DNA of 59,501 nucleotides, the filler included. It is 4 parts of 4 records of this genome, joined end to end, with 100 filler letters (N's around TTAATTAATTAA, not from the genome) between each part and the next. Parts side by side here need not be neighbours in the genome. Positions count along the whole stretch, not along the records: positions 38,745 to 46,023 come from DRR723986_2331; positions 46,124 to 59,501 come from DRR723986_2333; 2 more parts are not named here. One strand, written 5' to 3'. Shown in pieces: positions 38,745 through 48,674 of the stretch (position 1 is the first letter of the stretch; the number at the start of each line of letters is the position of its first letter). The notes under the pieces are model-generated. The model ran no database searches. It saw only the letters and a list, made by a program, of their open reading frames with translations, and was not told where the DNA came from. Position numbers and translations under genes: made by a program.

Positions 38745-38963
38745 GACATCGGCCGCGCCTTCCTGCCCGCCTTCGTTCCGCTGGTCGAGCAGCGCCGGAC
38801 TCTGCCCTTCGGCAAGCCGGAGCGCGAGGCCCAGCTGGTCCATCGCGGCCTCTACGCGGAATACAACCTCGTCTACGACCGCGGCACCAAGTTCGGCCTC
38901 GCCACCGGCCATGACGCCAACGCCGTCCTCATGAGTCTCCCGCCGCTGGCCAAGTGGGTTTGA
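38745..38963 (+). CDS. hemF: Oxygen-dependent coproporphyrinogen III oxidase, C-terminal fragment (absent from the ORF track)
   Basis: Manual translation: QLVHRGLYAEYNLVYDRGTKFGLATGHDANAVLMSLPPLAKWV*. Confidence 0.95.
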   Translation, partial: DIGRAFLPAFVPLVEQRRTLPFGKPEREAQLVHRGLYAEYNLVYDRGTKFGLATGHDANAVLMSLPPLAKWV

Positions 38964-39014
38964 CCGCCCTCCCCTGAACGGTGCATGGTTCCGCCATGTC
39001 TCAGGAGGATCCGC

Positions 39015-40769
39015 GTGCCCGTCTTGCCCTTTGTCCGATGCCTTGCCGCGCTGGCCGCGCTCTCTCTCCCGCTCTGTCTGGGCGGCGCCGCCCCGGCGGG
39101 TGATCTCACCACGATCGCAGGAGACGACTGGTTCGACGAAAGCACGGACGGCCCCTGCGCGGCGCGCTTCGACGGCGTGATCCAGAAGGGTGACAGCGTC
39201 GGCATGGGCATGAATGGCTCGCATTTCGCGGCGCTGTGCCTGAACAGCCCCGGAGGCAGTCTTGCCGCGGGGCTGGAACTGGGCACCGACAGGCAGTGGA
39301 GCGCCCGCGTCCTGCCCGGCGAGCGCTGCGAAAGCGCCTGCGCGCTGGCCTTTCTCAGCGCCGGCTACCAGACCGGCAACGGCATTCCCGGCTTCTACCT
39401 CGAACGCCACCTCTGGGCCGGCGGGCTTCTGGGCCTGCATTCGCCGGGCCTTCAACTGCCAGCCGGGGCGCAGGTCGACACCCGCACCGTCGAGGCCGCC
39501 TTCAAGGGCGCGCTGGCGGCGACCGCGCTGGTCTACGAGCGCCAGCAAAGCCCGGATTCCGCCGACCGGCTGCCGCTCAACAGCTATCTCTACCAACGCT
39601 TCCTCGAAACCCCGCCGGATTCGATGTATTACATCGATACGGTGGGTGACACGCTGATGGGCGAAATCCCGGTCCTTGGGGTGGAGCGCAGCGCCGCGCT
39701 GACGGAGCGGCTGGTGGACACCGTCTGCACGAATGCGCTGCTGGTTTCCGGCATCTTCGAGAGCTCTTTGACCAACAAGGGCCGCAAGCCCAACCGCAGC
39801 GCCGCAGAGCTTCTGGCGGCCTATGCCGAGGCCGAGGCCTTCTTGCAACGCGAACGCCCCGGGGTCCGGGTGCATCGGCTGTTCCCCGGCGCCGAGGGCG
39901 ATGTGATCGGCTATGGCGGGCTCTACCCCTCGGGGGATTACCGCTATTTCCGGGAATGCTACGTGCGCTTCTCCGGCAAGGCGATCACGGGCGAGCGGTT
40001 TTCCGATGCCGCCGTCGCGGTGCATTGGGGGCAGGAGTCCGCCCCCAAGACCAGCACCGCCGACATGCGCGCCGAATGGGATAGGGTGTCGCGCACCGAC
40101 CCGGATCTGGTCCTGAGCAGCCTCGCGCTGTTCCCCTTCGACGCCAAGCTTGCGGATCTGCCCAAGAACGCGCTGTTCCGGAAGTATTTCGGCGGCGCCG
40201 AAGCGACACCCGCCGCCGCACCCGCACCCGCCCCTGTCCCGCGCAACCGCGCGTCTCCGGTCCCGGCAGCCGCCGCCGCGGCGCCGGAGGGCGCCCGCGA
40301 CTGGGTGGTGATGGTCGGTCGCGACGTGACCGGCACCGATTACGCGACCGAGCGATCCAAGGATCCTGCGCGCTGCCGCGCCACCTGCGCCAAGGCGGAG
40401 TTTTGCGGCGCGGTGACCTATGACCGCTGGAACCAGATCTGTTTCTTCAAGACGCTGGACGGCAATCCGCGCCAGCGGGTGATCGCCAAGGCCACCAGCT
40501 ACGTCAAGGCGGCGCAGGCGCCGGGCGTGGCCCCGCCACGCGGCGCGGTGGCCTTTCTCAAGCGCAACGACAAGCATTTCCCCGCCGCCCCCGACGCCCG
40601 CCCCCGCGTCGGAAGCTTCGAAGCCTGCGCGCAGGCCTGTGAAGACCGCGACTGGTGCCTTGGGCTGAACTGGCGCAGCAGCGGTCGGCATTGCGATCTC
40701 TTCGCCAGGCCGCCGGAGTATTTCAGCAAGGCTGGCACCGACATCGGCTATTTCCAGCAGGCGGAGTGA
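39015..40769 (+). CDS. Secreted protein: ClpP/crotonase-like (COG3904-type) domain + two PAN/Apple domains
   Basis: Signal peptide; LNSPGGS, CESACALAF, LGLHSP; PA linker; C...C....C...YD....C..K and C...C....C......C; GTG follows AGGAGG. Confidence 0.75.
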   Translation: MPVLPFVRCLAALAALSLPLCLGGAAPAGDLTTIAGDDWFDESTDGPCAARFDGVIQKGDSVGMGMNGSHFAALCLNSPGGSLAAGLELGTDRQWSARVLPGERCESACALAFLSAGYQTGNGIPGFYLERHLWAGGLLGLHSPGLQLPAGAQVDTRTVEAAFKGALAATALVYERQQSPDSADRLPLNSYLYQRFLETPPDSMYYIDTVGDTLMGEIPVLGVERSAALTERLVDTVCTNALLVSGIFESSLTNKGRKPNRSAAELLAAYAEAEAFLQRERPGVRVHRLFPGAEGDVIGYGGLYPSGDYRYFRECYVRFSGKAITGERFSDAAVAVHWGQESAPKTSTADMRAEWDRVSRTDPDLVLSSLALFPFDAKLADLPKNALFRKYFGGAEATPAAAPAPAPVPRNRASPVPAAAAAAPEGARDWVVMVGRDVTGTDYATERSKDPARCRATCAKAEFCGAVTYDRWNQICFFKTLDGNPRQRVIAKATSYVKAAQAPGVAPPRGAVAFLKRNDKHFPAAPDARPRVGSFEACAQACEDRDWCLGLNWRSSGRHCDLFARPPEYFSKAGTDIGYFQQAE

Positions 40770-40944
40770 GAGAGCGGCCCGATTGGTCCGTCCCGCGCGT
40801 CAGTCCGGTGTGGAACGCGCCCCGGGCCTCAAGACGCCGTCCGGGCGCGGGCCTCGCTTCGTTGACATGGGCGGGACGCAAGCCGCCCCGCGCCGTCCCC
40901 TGCGGCTTTGGCCCGCAGCGCCCCGCCCCTGTCCCGGTCGCCGC

Positions 40945-41490
40945 TCAGGCGTCGCGCCACGTGCCGGGATCGAGGCCGTCCAGCGTCCAGTCGCCCACCG
41001 ACCAGCGCACCAGACGCAGGCAGGGCAGCCCGACATGGGCCGTCATCCGGCGCACCTGCCGGTTCTTCCCCTCGCGGATCGTCAGCGACAGCCACGAATC
41101 CGGCACCGACTTGCGGAACCGCACCGGCGGATCACGAGTCCACAGCGTCGGCGGGTCGATCTGCTCGCAGAGCGCCGGCAGGGTGCGGCCGTCCTTCAGC
41201 ATCACCCCCGCGCGCAGCTCGGCCAGCTGCCGGTCATCCGGGATGCCCTCGACCTGCACGAGGTAGGTCTTCGGCTGCTTGTATTTCGGAGACGCGATTC
41301 GCGCCTGCAGGCCGCCATTGTCGGTCAGCACCAGCAGCCCTTCGGAATCGCGGTCGAGCCGTCCGGCCGGGTAGACCCCCGGGACGGCGACATAGGCCGA
41401 AAGCGTCGGCCGCGGGCTGCCCTCGGTGCCCTTGTCGGTGAACTGCGAGAGCACGCCGAAGGGCTTGTTGAACAGGATCACCCGGGTCAT
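40945..41490 (-). CDS. rluE: 23S rRNA pseudouridine synthase E
   Basis: [45 protein letters not shown]. Confidence 0.9.
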   Translation of the reverse strand: MTRVILFNKPFGVLSQFTDKGTEGSPRPTLSAYVAVPGVYPAGRLDRDSEGLLVLTDNGGLQARIASPKYKQPKTYLVQVEGIPDDRQLAELRAGVMLKDGRTLPALCEQIDPPTLWTRDPPVRFRKSVPDSWLSLTIREGKNRQVRRMTAHVGLPCLRLVRWSVGDWTLDGLDPGTWRDA

Positions 41491-41936
41491 CGCCGCGCCT
41501 CGAAGAAGTCGCGCAACAGGTCCGCGGCTTCCTTTGCGGCGATGCCGTCATAGACCTCGGGGGTATGATGCGCCTGCGGATGGCCGAAGACGCGCGGCCC
41601 CTGCGCCACCCCGCCCGATTTCGGGTCGGAGGCGCCGTAATACAGCCGCCGGATCCGCGCGAAAGAGATCGCGGCGGCGCACATCGGGCAAGGCTCCAGC
41701 GTCACGTAGAGGTCATGGTCCGGCAGGCGTTCCGCGCCCAAGGCGACGCAGGCGGCGCGAATCGCGAGGATCTCGGCATGGGCGGTCGGGTCGTGCGACT
41801 CGCGCGTGCGGTTGCCGGCCCGCGCGACCACCGCACCGGAGGGGGAGACCAGAACCGCGCCCACCGGCACCTCTCCGCGCGCGGCGGCGGCGCGGGCCTC
41901 GTCGAGGGCGGTCATCATGTGGCTGCGGAAGGTCAT
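41487..41936 (-). CDS. tadA: tRNA adenosine(34) deaminase
   Basis: [32 protein letters not shown]. Confidence 0.93.
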   Translation of the reverse strand: MTFRSHMMTALDEARAAAARGEVPVGAVLVSPSGAVVARAGNRTRESHDPTAHAEILAIRAACVALGAERLPDHDLYVTLEPCPMCAAAISFARIRRLYYGASDPKSGGVAQGPRVFGHPQAHHTPEVYDGIAAKEAADLLRDFFEARR

Positions 41937-42209
41937 GGGCGCTCCGGTCGGGGTCGGGTTCTGATAGCGGATCGCGCGCGGGACCGGAACAGGGCAGGTC
42001 GCAGGCCTTGCGACGGCGTCAGAGTACCCGGACACGCCCGCAGGCGCCGCAGCCCGGCAGGCACGGGGCGGTTTGCCCGCCACGCGCCCGACATGGGCGC
42101 CCGGATCGCGGCGGCCCGCCGTCCGGGTTCGCCCGGTCCTTTCGCAAGCCAGAGGGAACCCTGCGCTGCCCTGTTCCCACGCCCCGCGCAATCGGCTATG
42201 GCCCATGGC

Positions 42210-43088
42210 ATGAGCACCAAATCCACACCCGAGGGCGACCGCATCGCCAAGGTCATCGCCCGCGCCGGAGTCGCCAGCCGCCGCGAGGCGGAACGCATGA
42301 TCGAAGAGGGCCGCGTTTCGGTCAACGGGCAGGTCATCGACCGCGCCGCGCTGAACGTGACCGACCGCGACCGCGTCGAGGTGGACGGCAAGCCCCTGGA
42401 CGCGCCAGAGGCGGCACGGATCTGGATGTATCACAAGCCGGTGGGCCTTGTGACCACCACCAAGGACGAGCAGGGGCGCCCGACGATCTTCGACGACCTG
42501 CCCGACGACCTGCCCCGGGTGATGAGCATCGGACGGCTCGACCTCAACTCCGAGGGGCTGCTGCTGCTGACCAACGACGGCGCGGTGAAGCGCAAGCTGG
42601 AACTGCCCTCGACGGGCTGGCTGCGGCGCTACCGGGTGCGCGTCAACGGCCGCCCCACGGACGCGATGCTGGCACCGCTGCGCGAGGGGCTGACCGTGGA
42701 CGGCCAGACCTTCCAGCCGATGACTGTGGCGATCGACCGCCAGCAGGGCGCCAACGCCTGGCTGACGGTGGGCCTGCGCGAGGGCAAGAACCGCGAGATC
42801 CGCCGCGCCATGACCGACATCGGCCTGACGGTGAACCGCCTGATTCGCCTGTCCTACGGGCCGTTCCAGCTGGGTCAGTTGAAGCCCGGCGAGGTTCAGG
42901 AGGTGCGCGGACGCATCGTTCGCGACCAGCTTGGCCTGCCCTCTCCGGAACAGGAAGGCACCGCGCGCCCCGCCCGAAAGGCCGCCCCCGGCCGGCCGAC
43001 GAAGCCGGGAAAACCTTCCAAGCCCCGGGGAATGCCGGATAAACCCGGCTCCGAGCGTCCGCGCGGCGTCACCCGAAAGCGCCGCTGA
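42210..43088 (+). CDS. rluB: S4-domain pseudouridine synthase (RluB-like)
   Basis: RIAKVIARAGVASRREAE, GRLDLNSEGLLL, EGKNREIRR. Confidence 0.88.
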   Translation: MSTKSTPEGDRIAKVIARAGVASRREAERMIEEGRVSVNGQVIDRAALNVTDRDRVEVDGKPLDAPEAARIWMYHKPVGLVTTTKDEQGRPTIFDDLPDDLPRVMSIGRLDLNSEGLLLLTNDGAVKRKLELPSTGWLRRYRVRVNGRPTDAMLAPLREGLTVDGQTFQPMTVAIDRQQGANAWLTVGLREGKNREIRRAMTDIGLTVNRLIRLSYGPFQLGQLKPGEVQEVRGRIVRDQLGLPSPEQEGTARPARKAAPGRPTKPGKPSKPRGMPDKPGSERPRGVTRKRR

Positions 43089-43103
43089 CCGCGCTGCGGC
43101 GTT

Positions 43104-43118
43104 TTAACCCGTCATTAA
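43104..43118. promoter_or_regulatory. CtrA-box-like site TTAA-N7-TTAA
   Basis: TTAACCCGTCATTAA in a GC-rich intergenic region, 63 nt upstream of the 43182 ORF. Confidence 0.6.
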
Positions 43119-43181
43119 GCTTTCCTCAATTTTCCCGGACTCCGCCCCGTTTCTGCCCGTTTCCGGGGGAATCTTCGGGGC

Positions 43182-43382
43182 ATGATGACAACGCTTCTGG
43201 CCTTTGCAATCCTCGCCGGGTCCACCCTGATGGTGGTGGGCAACCTGCGCATGGTCGCCGCCGACACCCTGTCGGTGGTCCGCGCCAGCGCCATCCGTGC
43301 CCGACGCAGCGGAACGCTTCACCGGCGCCTCGCCCTCGTCGCGCTCTGGATCCTGATCTTCGCGCTTGGGTATTCCGCATGA
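43182..43382 (+). CDS. Small two-TM hypothetical protein
   Basis: Two hydrophobic helices; ATGA overlap with the next gene. Confidence 0.65.
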   Translation: MMTTLLAFAILAGSTLMVVGNLRMVAADTLSVVRASAIRARRSGTLHRRLALVALWILIFALGYSA

Positions 43383-44224
43383 CCCTGCTGACGGACAAAG
43401 GCACCGCAGAGAACGCCGCGCGCACCGAACTCCGGCATCTGGATTCCGGGCTTAACATCCTGTTCCTCGCCGCCCTCCCGGTCCTACTGTGGATGTTCGA
43501 AGGCTCGTTTACCGGCATCGCCACCGGCATCGCCGTGCTCTGGCTGTTAACGGTCGCGCTGCGCCTCATCGCCTCCGGGCAGACGGTTCAGCGCGCCTAT
43601 GACGGCGCCCTGAATGCCCGCCGCCCCCGGCTGCCGCGAAAGATCCTCGGCTCGGCGATGCTGGGCCTCGTCGTCTTCGTGCTGGCCGGGCACCGCTTCG
43701 ACGCGCTGCTCTTGCCGCTGGTCTGCGGCGCGCTGGCCACGACGCTCAGCCTCATCGCCTTCGGCATCGACCCCTTGCGCGACAAGGGCTGTCCGCAGGC
43801 CAAGGCGCCGCGCGACGAGACCGAATCGCTGCAGGCCGCCGCCCTCGACGCCCGGCTGGCCGCCCTTTCGGAAGCCTTGGAACAGTTGAACGACGCCGAC
43901 CTGCTGCGCCGGACAGAGGCCCTGCGGCTGGCCATCGGCGCGCAACTGGCCACCACGATCGGCGACGACACGCGCTTCACCCGGATGCTGGCGCTCTCGG
44001 ACAAGGTCGCCACGCTGCTCGAGGCGGAAACCCCGCGCCTGATGGCCGCCCTTGGACAAAGTGACCACGCCTTCGCGCGCCGCCGCTTCATCGCCAAGCT
44101 GGATGCCCTGACCGACAGCTTCGAGACCCGCGCCCGCAAGCTGGCCGGCCCGCTTCGGACCGATGCCTTCGACGAGGAGGCGCGCCGCCTGATGGACCGG
44201 ATGCCCCGCGAATCCGCCGCCTGA
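43379..44224 (+). CDS. Divergent XpaC-like membrane protein
   Basis: Shares AYD....ARRP..PRK and AFGIDP..DKG with 44403-45299. Confidence 0.75.
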   Translation: MTLLTDKGTAENAARTELRHLDSGLNILFLAALPVLLWMFEGSFTGIATGIAVLWLLTVALRLIASGQTVQRAYDGALNARRPRLPRKILGSAMLGLVVFVLAGHRFDALLLPLVCGALATTLSLIAFGIDPLRDKGCPQAKAPRDETESLQAAALDARLAALSEALEQLNDADLLRRTEALRLAIGAQLATTIGDDTRFTRMLALSDKVATLLEAETPRLMAALGQSDHAFARRRFIAKLDALTDSFETRARKLAGPLRTDAFDEEARRLMDRMPRESAA

Positions 44225-44309
44225 GCGAAAGCCCGCCGGCTTCCCCCTAGCAAGCGCAGCATTTTGCCCCTAAGTTCCTGTCAGATGAGTAAAGGGACGG
44301 GGGGCCGTC

Positions 44310-44399
44310 ATGTCCGCAAACGCCTTGCAGAAGGTGAGCTACGTCCTCTTGATCGTGCTGCTGTTCGGAGTCTCGACCGGCTGGCTCGGGGGACTCTGA
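44310..44399 (+). CDS. 29-aa single-TM microprotein MSANALQKVSYVLLIVLLFGVSTGWLGGL
   Basis: G-rich RBS region; strongly hydrophobic; stop 3 nt before the xpaC ATG. Confidence 0.65.
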   Translation: MSANALQKVSYVLLIVLLFGVSTGWLGGL

Positions 44400-44402
44400 C
44401 CC

Positions 44403-45299
44403 ATGACGCGACGCTTTGGCGGCAAGTACAGCCCCGACGGATCCTCCGCGACACCCAAGCCCGCGTCGAAACCCGCCTACAAGGGCGCGCAGGTTTCCCC
44501 GGTGGGCGCCCGCTCCAACGTCCTGTTCTTTCCCGGGATCGTGCTGGCCGCGCTGTCGCTGAACGACGGTGCCGTGGGTCTGGCCCTAGGCCTCGCCGGT
44601 GCCGGGATGCTGATCCTCGGCGCATGGCTGCTGCGGGACGGGCTGAAGGCGCAGGCGGCCTATGATGCCCGCAAGGTCGCGCGCCGTCCGGCCATCCCGC
44701 GCAAGCTGTTTGCCGCCGTGGCCTGCGGCCTTGGTGCCGCGTTGGCGGCGTGGAAATCCGAACCCGGCCTTCTGGCGCCGCTGATCTTCGGCGGGGCGGC
44801 CACGGTGCTGCACGTCGGCGCCTTCGGCATCGACCCGATGAAGGACAAGGGCATGGAAGGCGTCGACACCTTCCAGCAAGACCGCGTCGCCCGCGTGGTA
44901 GACGAGGCCGAAAAGGTCCTGACCTCGATGAAGGACGCCGTGCGCCGGGCCGACGACCGTCAGGTCGAGGCCCGCGTCGAACGCTTCAGCGTCAAGGTGC
45001 GCGAGATGATCCGCACCGTCGAGGAAGACCCCCGCGACCTGATCGCCGCGCGGAAGTTTCTTGGCGTCTACCTGATGGGCGCCCGCGACGCGGCGGTGAA
45101 ATTCGCCGACATCAACGCGCGCAAGCCGGACCGGGGCGCCAAGAGCGATTTCATGATGCTGCTCACCGATCTCGAAGAGACCTTCGACAAGAAGATCGAC
45201 AGGCTGCTTCTGGACAACAACGCCGACCTTTCCGTGGAAATCGAGGTCTTGCGCGACCGTTTGCAGCGCGAAGGCGTGCATCTCGACACCACGGGCTGA
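44403..45299 (+). CDS. XpaC (5-bromo-4-chloroindolyl phosphate hydrolysis) family protein
   Basis: VEEDPRDL..ARKFLGVYL.GARDA, D..VEIEVL..RL.REG; directly upstream of telA. Confidence 0.85.
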   Translation: MTRRFGGKYSPDGSSATPKPASKPAYKGAQVSPVGARSNVLFFPGIVLAALSLNDGAVGLALGLAGAGMLILGAWLLRDGLKAQAAYDARKVARRPAIPRKLFAAVACGLGAALAAWKSEPGLLAPLIFGGAATVLHVGAFGIDPMKDKGMEGVDTFQQDRVARVVDEAEKVLTSMKDAVRRADDRQVEARVERFSVKVREMIRTVEEDPRDLIAARKFLGVYLMGARDAAVKFADINARKPDRGAKSDFMMLLTDLEETFDKKIDRLLLDNNADLSVEIEVLRDRLQREGVHLDTTG

Positions 45300-45326
45300 G
45301 ACTTTCCAACAAGGGATACCGAAACC

Positions 45327-46023
45327 ATGTCCGAACAAACCCGTCAGGAAGCCGAGAAGACCGTCGCCCTCGTCGATGAGGTCAACGCCGTCGTCCTGCC
45401 CGAACCGCAGGCCGCCAATGCCGTCGTGCCGCTGAAGCAGGCCGACCCGGTCCTGTCGGAAGAGATCCGCACCCGGATGGAAGAGCTCGACATGGCGGAC
45501 ACCAACTCGATCGTGTCCTTCGGCTCTGCCGCGCAGGCGGAATTGCAGACGATCTCTCAGGCAATGCTGACGGATGTGCGCAACAAGGACGTGGGCCCGG
45601 CGGGTGACAGCCTGCGTAACATCGTCACGACGATCCGCGGTTTCTCGGTGTCGGAACTGGATGTGCGGCGCGAACGCTCGTGGTGGGAAAAGCTGCTGGG
45701 CCGCGCCGCCCCCTTCGCCAAGTTCACCGCGCGCTTCGAGGATGTGCAGGGCCAGATCGACAAGATCACCGACGACCTTCTGAAGCACGAGCACACGCTG
45801 CTGAAGGACATCAAGTCGCTCGACCTGCTCTACGAAAAGACGCTGCAGTTCTATGACGAGCTCGCGCTCTACATCGCGGCGGGCGAGGAGAAGATCGAGG
45901 AACTGGATACCGCGACCATCCCCGCCAAGGAAGCAGAGGTCGGCGCCGCCCCCGAGGGCGAGCAGATCATGAAGGCGCAGGAGCTGCGCGACCTGCGCGC
46001 CGCCCGCGACGATCTGGAACGCC
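45327..46023 (+). CDS. telA: Toxic anion resistance protein TelA, 3'-truncated
   Basis: SIVSFGSAAQ, VRNKDVGPAG, LLKDIKSLD.LYEK, LYIAAGE. Confidence 0.9.
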
Positions 46024-46123
46024 NNNNNNNNNNNNNNNNNNNNNNNNNNNNNNNNNNNNNNNNNNNNTTAATTAATTAANNNNNNNNNNNNNNNNNNNNN
46101 NNNNNNNNNNNNNNNNNNNNNNN
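46024..46123. other. Artificial contig linker
   Basis: N44-TTAATTAATTAA-N44. Confidence 0.98.
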
Positions 46124-46898
46124 CTCCGCCTGCAGCGGGATGATCCCGCCGCTACCGTGGCCTAGTTTTGCAGCGCCGTTTCCACCATAAAACGGCTGAA
46201 GTGATTTTGGACTGCCGCCCGAGGCGTTGTGCCGGCACCCAGTACGCACGCAAGCTGAGGTCTGCGAAGATCGAGATGACCAAACGGACGACTTGGAAAG
46301 AGTTTGCACTTTTCTGGAAAGGACTTTCCTGCCGCATCCTGGCAAGATGTAGCCAAGCAGACGCCGCATCCATTTGAGGCTGCATGGATGTTCAACAGAT
46401 GACGGGGAATGAATCACTTGATGAATGATTACACCAGCGGCAGCAAAATTGGCACCGGGGACGAGCAGAGCGTTCCAGCCGAGGCGGATTAATCCGCGCA
46501 GGGTCGGCACAGTGGGGACCCGGACCCATATTAAGCGCGGGGACCGCAGGAGACGCCGGACGGTGGGTCGGATCAATGGCGGTGGTGGGGATGACGGCGA
46601 ACCCGTTCGGAGCCCACTAGGTTGGCTGAGGTTTCGCCGACCGCGTAGCAGTATGGGCTGCTACGTCTTTTGCAGGCGTGTTGAGGTATCGGAGAGCTCA
46701 GCACGCCTGCAACCTATTAGAGAGGTCCACAGGCGCTGGCAATTGTCGCCCGCGTCGAGCGAATACACCAGCTTAAGCGGCTAAAACGCTCTAACACCAA
46801 ATATTTCGGTCCATGCCGATTTATTCAAACGAAGGCGTATCCCAGCATCCAACCCGACAACCGTATTTCATACTCTGTCACACCCCACTTACGCCCCC

Positions 46899-47405
46899 TC
46901 ACCCCACTTCTCGCACAAACAACCGCCCATCGTTTGGCCCACGGATGTCGAGCTCTTTCATCCCTGGCAGTTTCGCAGCCCAGGTTTCTAACGCGGGCGT
47001 GGCAAAACTGTGGGAGAGGGTGTGGGTGATGGCGGGGTTGCTGCGGCGCGCGGCCTCTGTGAGGGCGGATGTATGGCCTGCCCCCCAGTGGCCAGGGTCG
47101 AGATAGACAAAATGCGAGCAGCCCAGGGTGGCCAGAGGGATGCCGGAACGGGCGAGATGCAGCTTGACAGGCAGCCATTCGGTGCCCGCGATGAAGTGGT
47201 GGCATAGGCCAAGGCAAGTGATGCCAACGAGCTGCCCACCATTCCAAGCCAGAGCGGCTGTGTCACCGCGTTTTGCAAAGCTTTTAAGCGCAGCCAGAGC
47301 GTTAATGGCTGTGAGCCCTTGTTTCAGGCGCACAACGCCTACGATTTCGACCAATCGGTCAAAATGCTGAGCCGCATGCGCAAGTGTGATTTGTTCATAA
47401 TCCAT
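46899..47405 (-). CDS. Hypothetical protein, possible GNAT fold
   Basis: FVYLDPGHWGAGHTSAL resembles GNAT motif A; 3 nt after the upstream gene. Confidence 0.6.
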   Translation of the reverse strand: MDYEQITLAHAAQHFDRLVEIVGVVRLKQGLTAINALAALKSFAKRGDTAALAWNGGQLVGITCLGLCHHFIAGTEWLPVKLHLARSGIPLATLGCSHFVYLDPGHWGAGHTSALTEAARRSNPAITHTLSHSFATPALETWAAKLPGMKELDIRGPNDGRLFVREVG

Positions 47406-47408
47406 AGG

Positions 47409-47840
47409 TTAGACCTCAATCGTTTCTGCCAGATCAAAAAGGGCGTCGAGATCGGCCTTGGTGAGGGCGTGCCCATCGGGCCAGACGAGATAGGCGGAAA
47501 GCGAGATCAGCAAGGGGCTGTCACGACGGAAGGTGGTGGCCTCAGCCCAGGCCAGACGTGTCATTTGATCCAGCCCCGCCACGAGCGCGTCTACCTGATC
47601 GAGCAACCCCATCTGCAGCAGCGCCGCTTTGGCCTGAAGCCGGCTCACGGTTTTGACAGGCTCAGGCGTTGGCGTGACATCTAAGACAGGATCAAAAGGC
47701 TGCACGGACCCGAACTCTCCGGCTTGGGCGCGGTTAAAAAGGTCTGTGGGCCCGTCACGATCCACAACACGAAGCGTGCCGTCGGCGCGCTCCAAAGAGA
47801 TAGAGCTTTCATCTGCGGTGATGTATTTGGGGTTTTGCAT
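47409..47840 (-). CDS. Tail-fibre-associated (assembly/chaperone-like) protein
   Basis: G.FG.V.PF..., TVSRLQAKAALLQMGLLDQV...AW..A..F.R.SP; follows the fibre gene. Confidence 0.7.
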   Translation of the reverse strand: MQNPKYITADESSISLERADGTLRVVDRDGPTDLFNRAQAGEFGSVQPFDPVLDVTPTPEPVKTVSRLQAKAALLQMGLLDQVDALVAGLDQMTRLAWAEATTFRRDSPLLISLSAYLVWPDGHALTKADLDALFDLAETIEV

Positions 47841-48613
47841 CAGTCATTCTCCACAGGCGCGTAAATGCCGGGGATGAGATTTTCCCCTCCGGTCTTAAAC
47901 CGGGCATTCTGAATGCGGGCGTAGCCGTAATAGGTGGTGGTGCTGGTGTCTTTGCCGTAGCTGGTCGTCACCGTCCGGATCGAAGCCAGATATTGAATGC
48001 TGACGCGATCGCCTTGCGCCACATCCACATCCAAAGACCGCGCGGCCCAAGAGGTGCCAGCAATGGACCAGGTGCCCAAAGCCGTGAGCACGCTGTTTCT
48101 GAGCCGGGTGATGCGGAAGTATGCCGGCTCTGACGAGCTGGACGACCCCTCAAAGCTCACCCGGATTGTTCCGTTTTGGGCAAAGTCAAAGCTGTGACGC
48201 GTGGCATAGCCGCTGGAGCCTGTGTTTTGGGCATAGCCATCCACCCGACTGCGGATAACCTCGCCCGCGCTGAGCCCAGAGGCGCCCGAGGCAGGGGCCA
48301 GTGCCGCAATCGCCTGCGCTGTGCGCAAGGGCGTCATCAGCTTTGTAGAAGCTGTGCCGGCTTCCGCCTCTGCTTGGCTGGCCAGATCGGCCGCGAGCGT
48401 GCGATCTGCCGCCAACGAGCCACCGCCCGTCAGGCCCGTGCCTGCCAGGATCACGCGGCCCGAGTTGATCAACTCGACGATTGCCTCGCTGCCGTCGTTG
48501 CGCTTGAGAAAGACCCGGCCATCATAGGTGTTGATCGCCAATTCGCCGAGATCAAGCTGCGCAGTGGTAGGCACCTTCCCCGCAGCGCCCGAGCGCTTCA
48601 TCTTGATTGCCAT
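47840..48613 (-). CDS. Tail fibre / receptor-binding protein
   Basis: N-terminal IKMKRS....P....L..GELAINT.DG, AGTGLTGGG.L, ASQAEAEAG...KLMTPLR, beta-rich C-terminus. Confidence 0.8.
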   Translation of the reverse strand: MAIKMKRSGAAGKVPTTAQLDLGELAINTYDGRVFLKRNDGSEAIVELINSGRVILAGTGLTGGGSLAADRTLAADLASQAEAEAGTASTKLMTPLRTAQAIAALAPASGASGLSAGEVIRSRVDGYAQNTGSSGYATRHSFDFAQNGTIRVSFEGSSSSSEPAYFRITRLRNSVLTALGTWSIAGTSWAARSLDVDVAQGDRVSIQYLASIRTVTTSYGKDTSTTTYYGYARIQNARFKTGGENLIPGIYAPVEND

Positions 48614-48674
48614 TGCCGCAACCTCCTTACCGCTGAGAGTTGCTTAGGATCGCAAAGCGTGAGGGCGCACCCCA

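Noticed and set aside
38697-43042. ORFs 38697-40691(-) and 41426-43042(+), and the long N-terminal extensions given for tadA and rluB
   Set aside because: Antisense or alternative frames of recognisable genes; homology starts at 41936 and 42210
46513-46535. GGGACCCGGACCCATATTAA as a degenerate IS5-family terminal repeat
   Set aside because: Only a loose resemblance; no partner repeat or transposase frame
46124-48613. Diversity-generating retroelement or retron near the fibre genes
   Set aside because: No reverse transcriptase in the window and no TR/VR repeat pair seen
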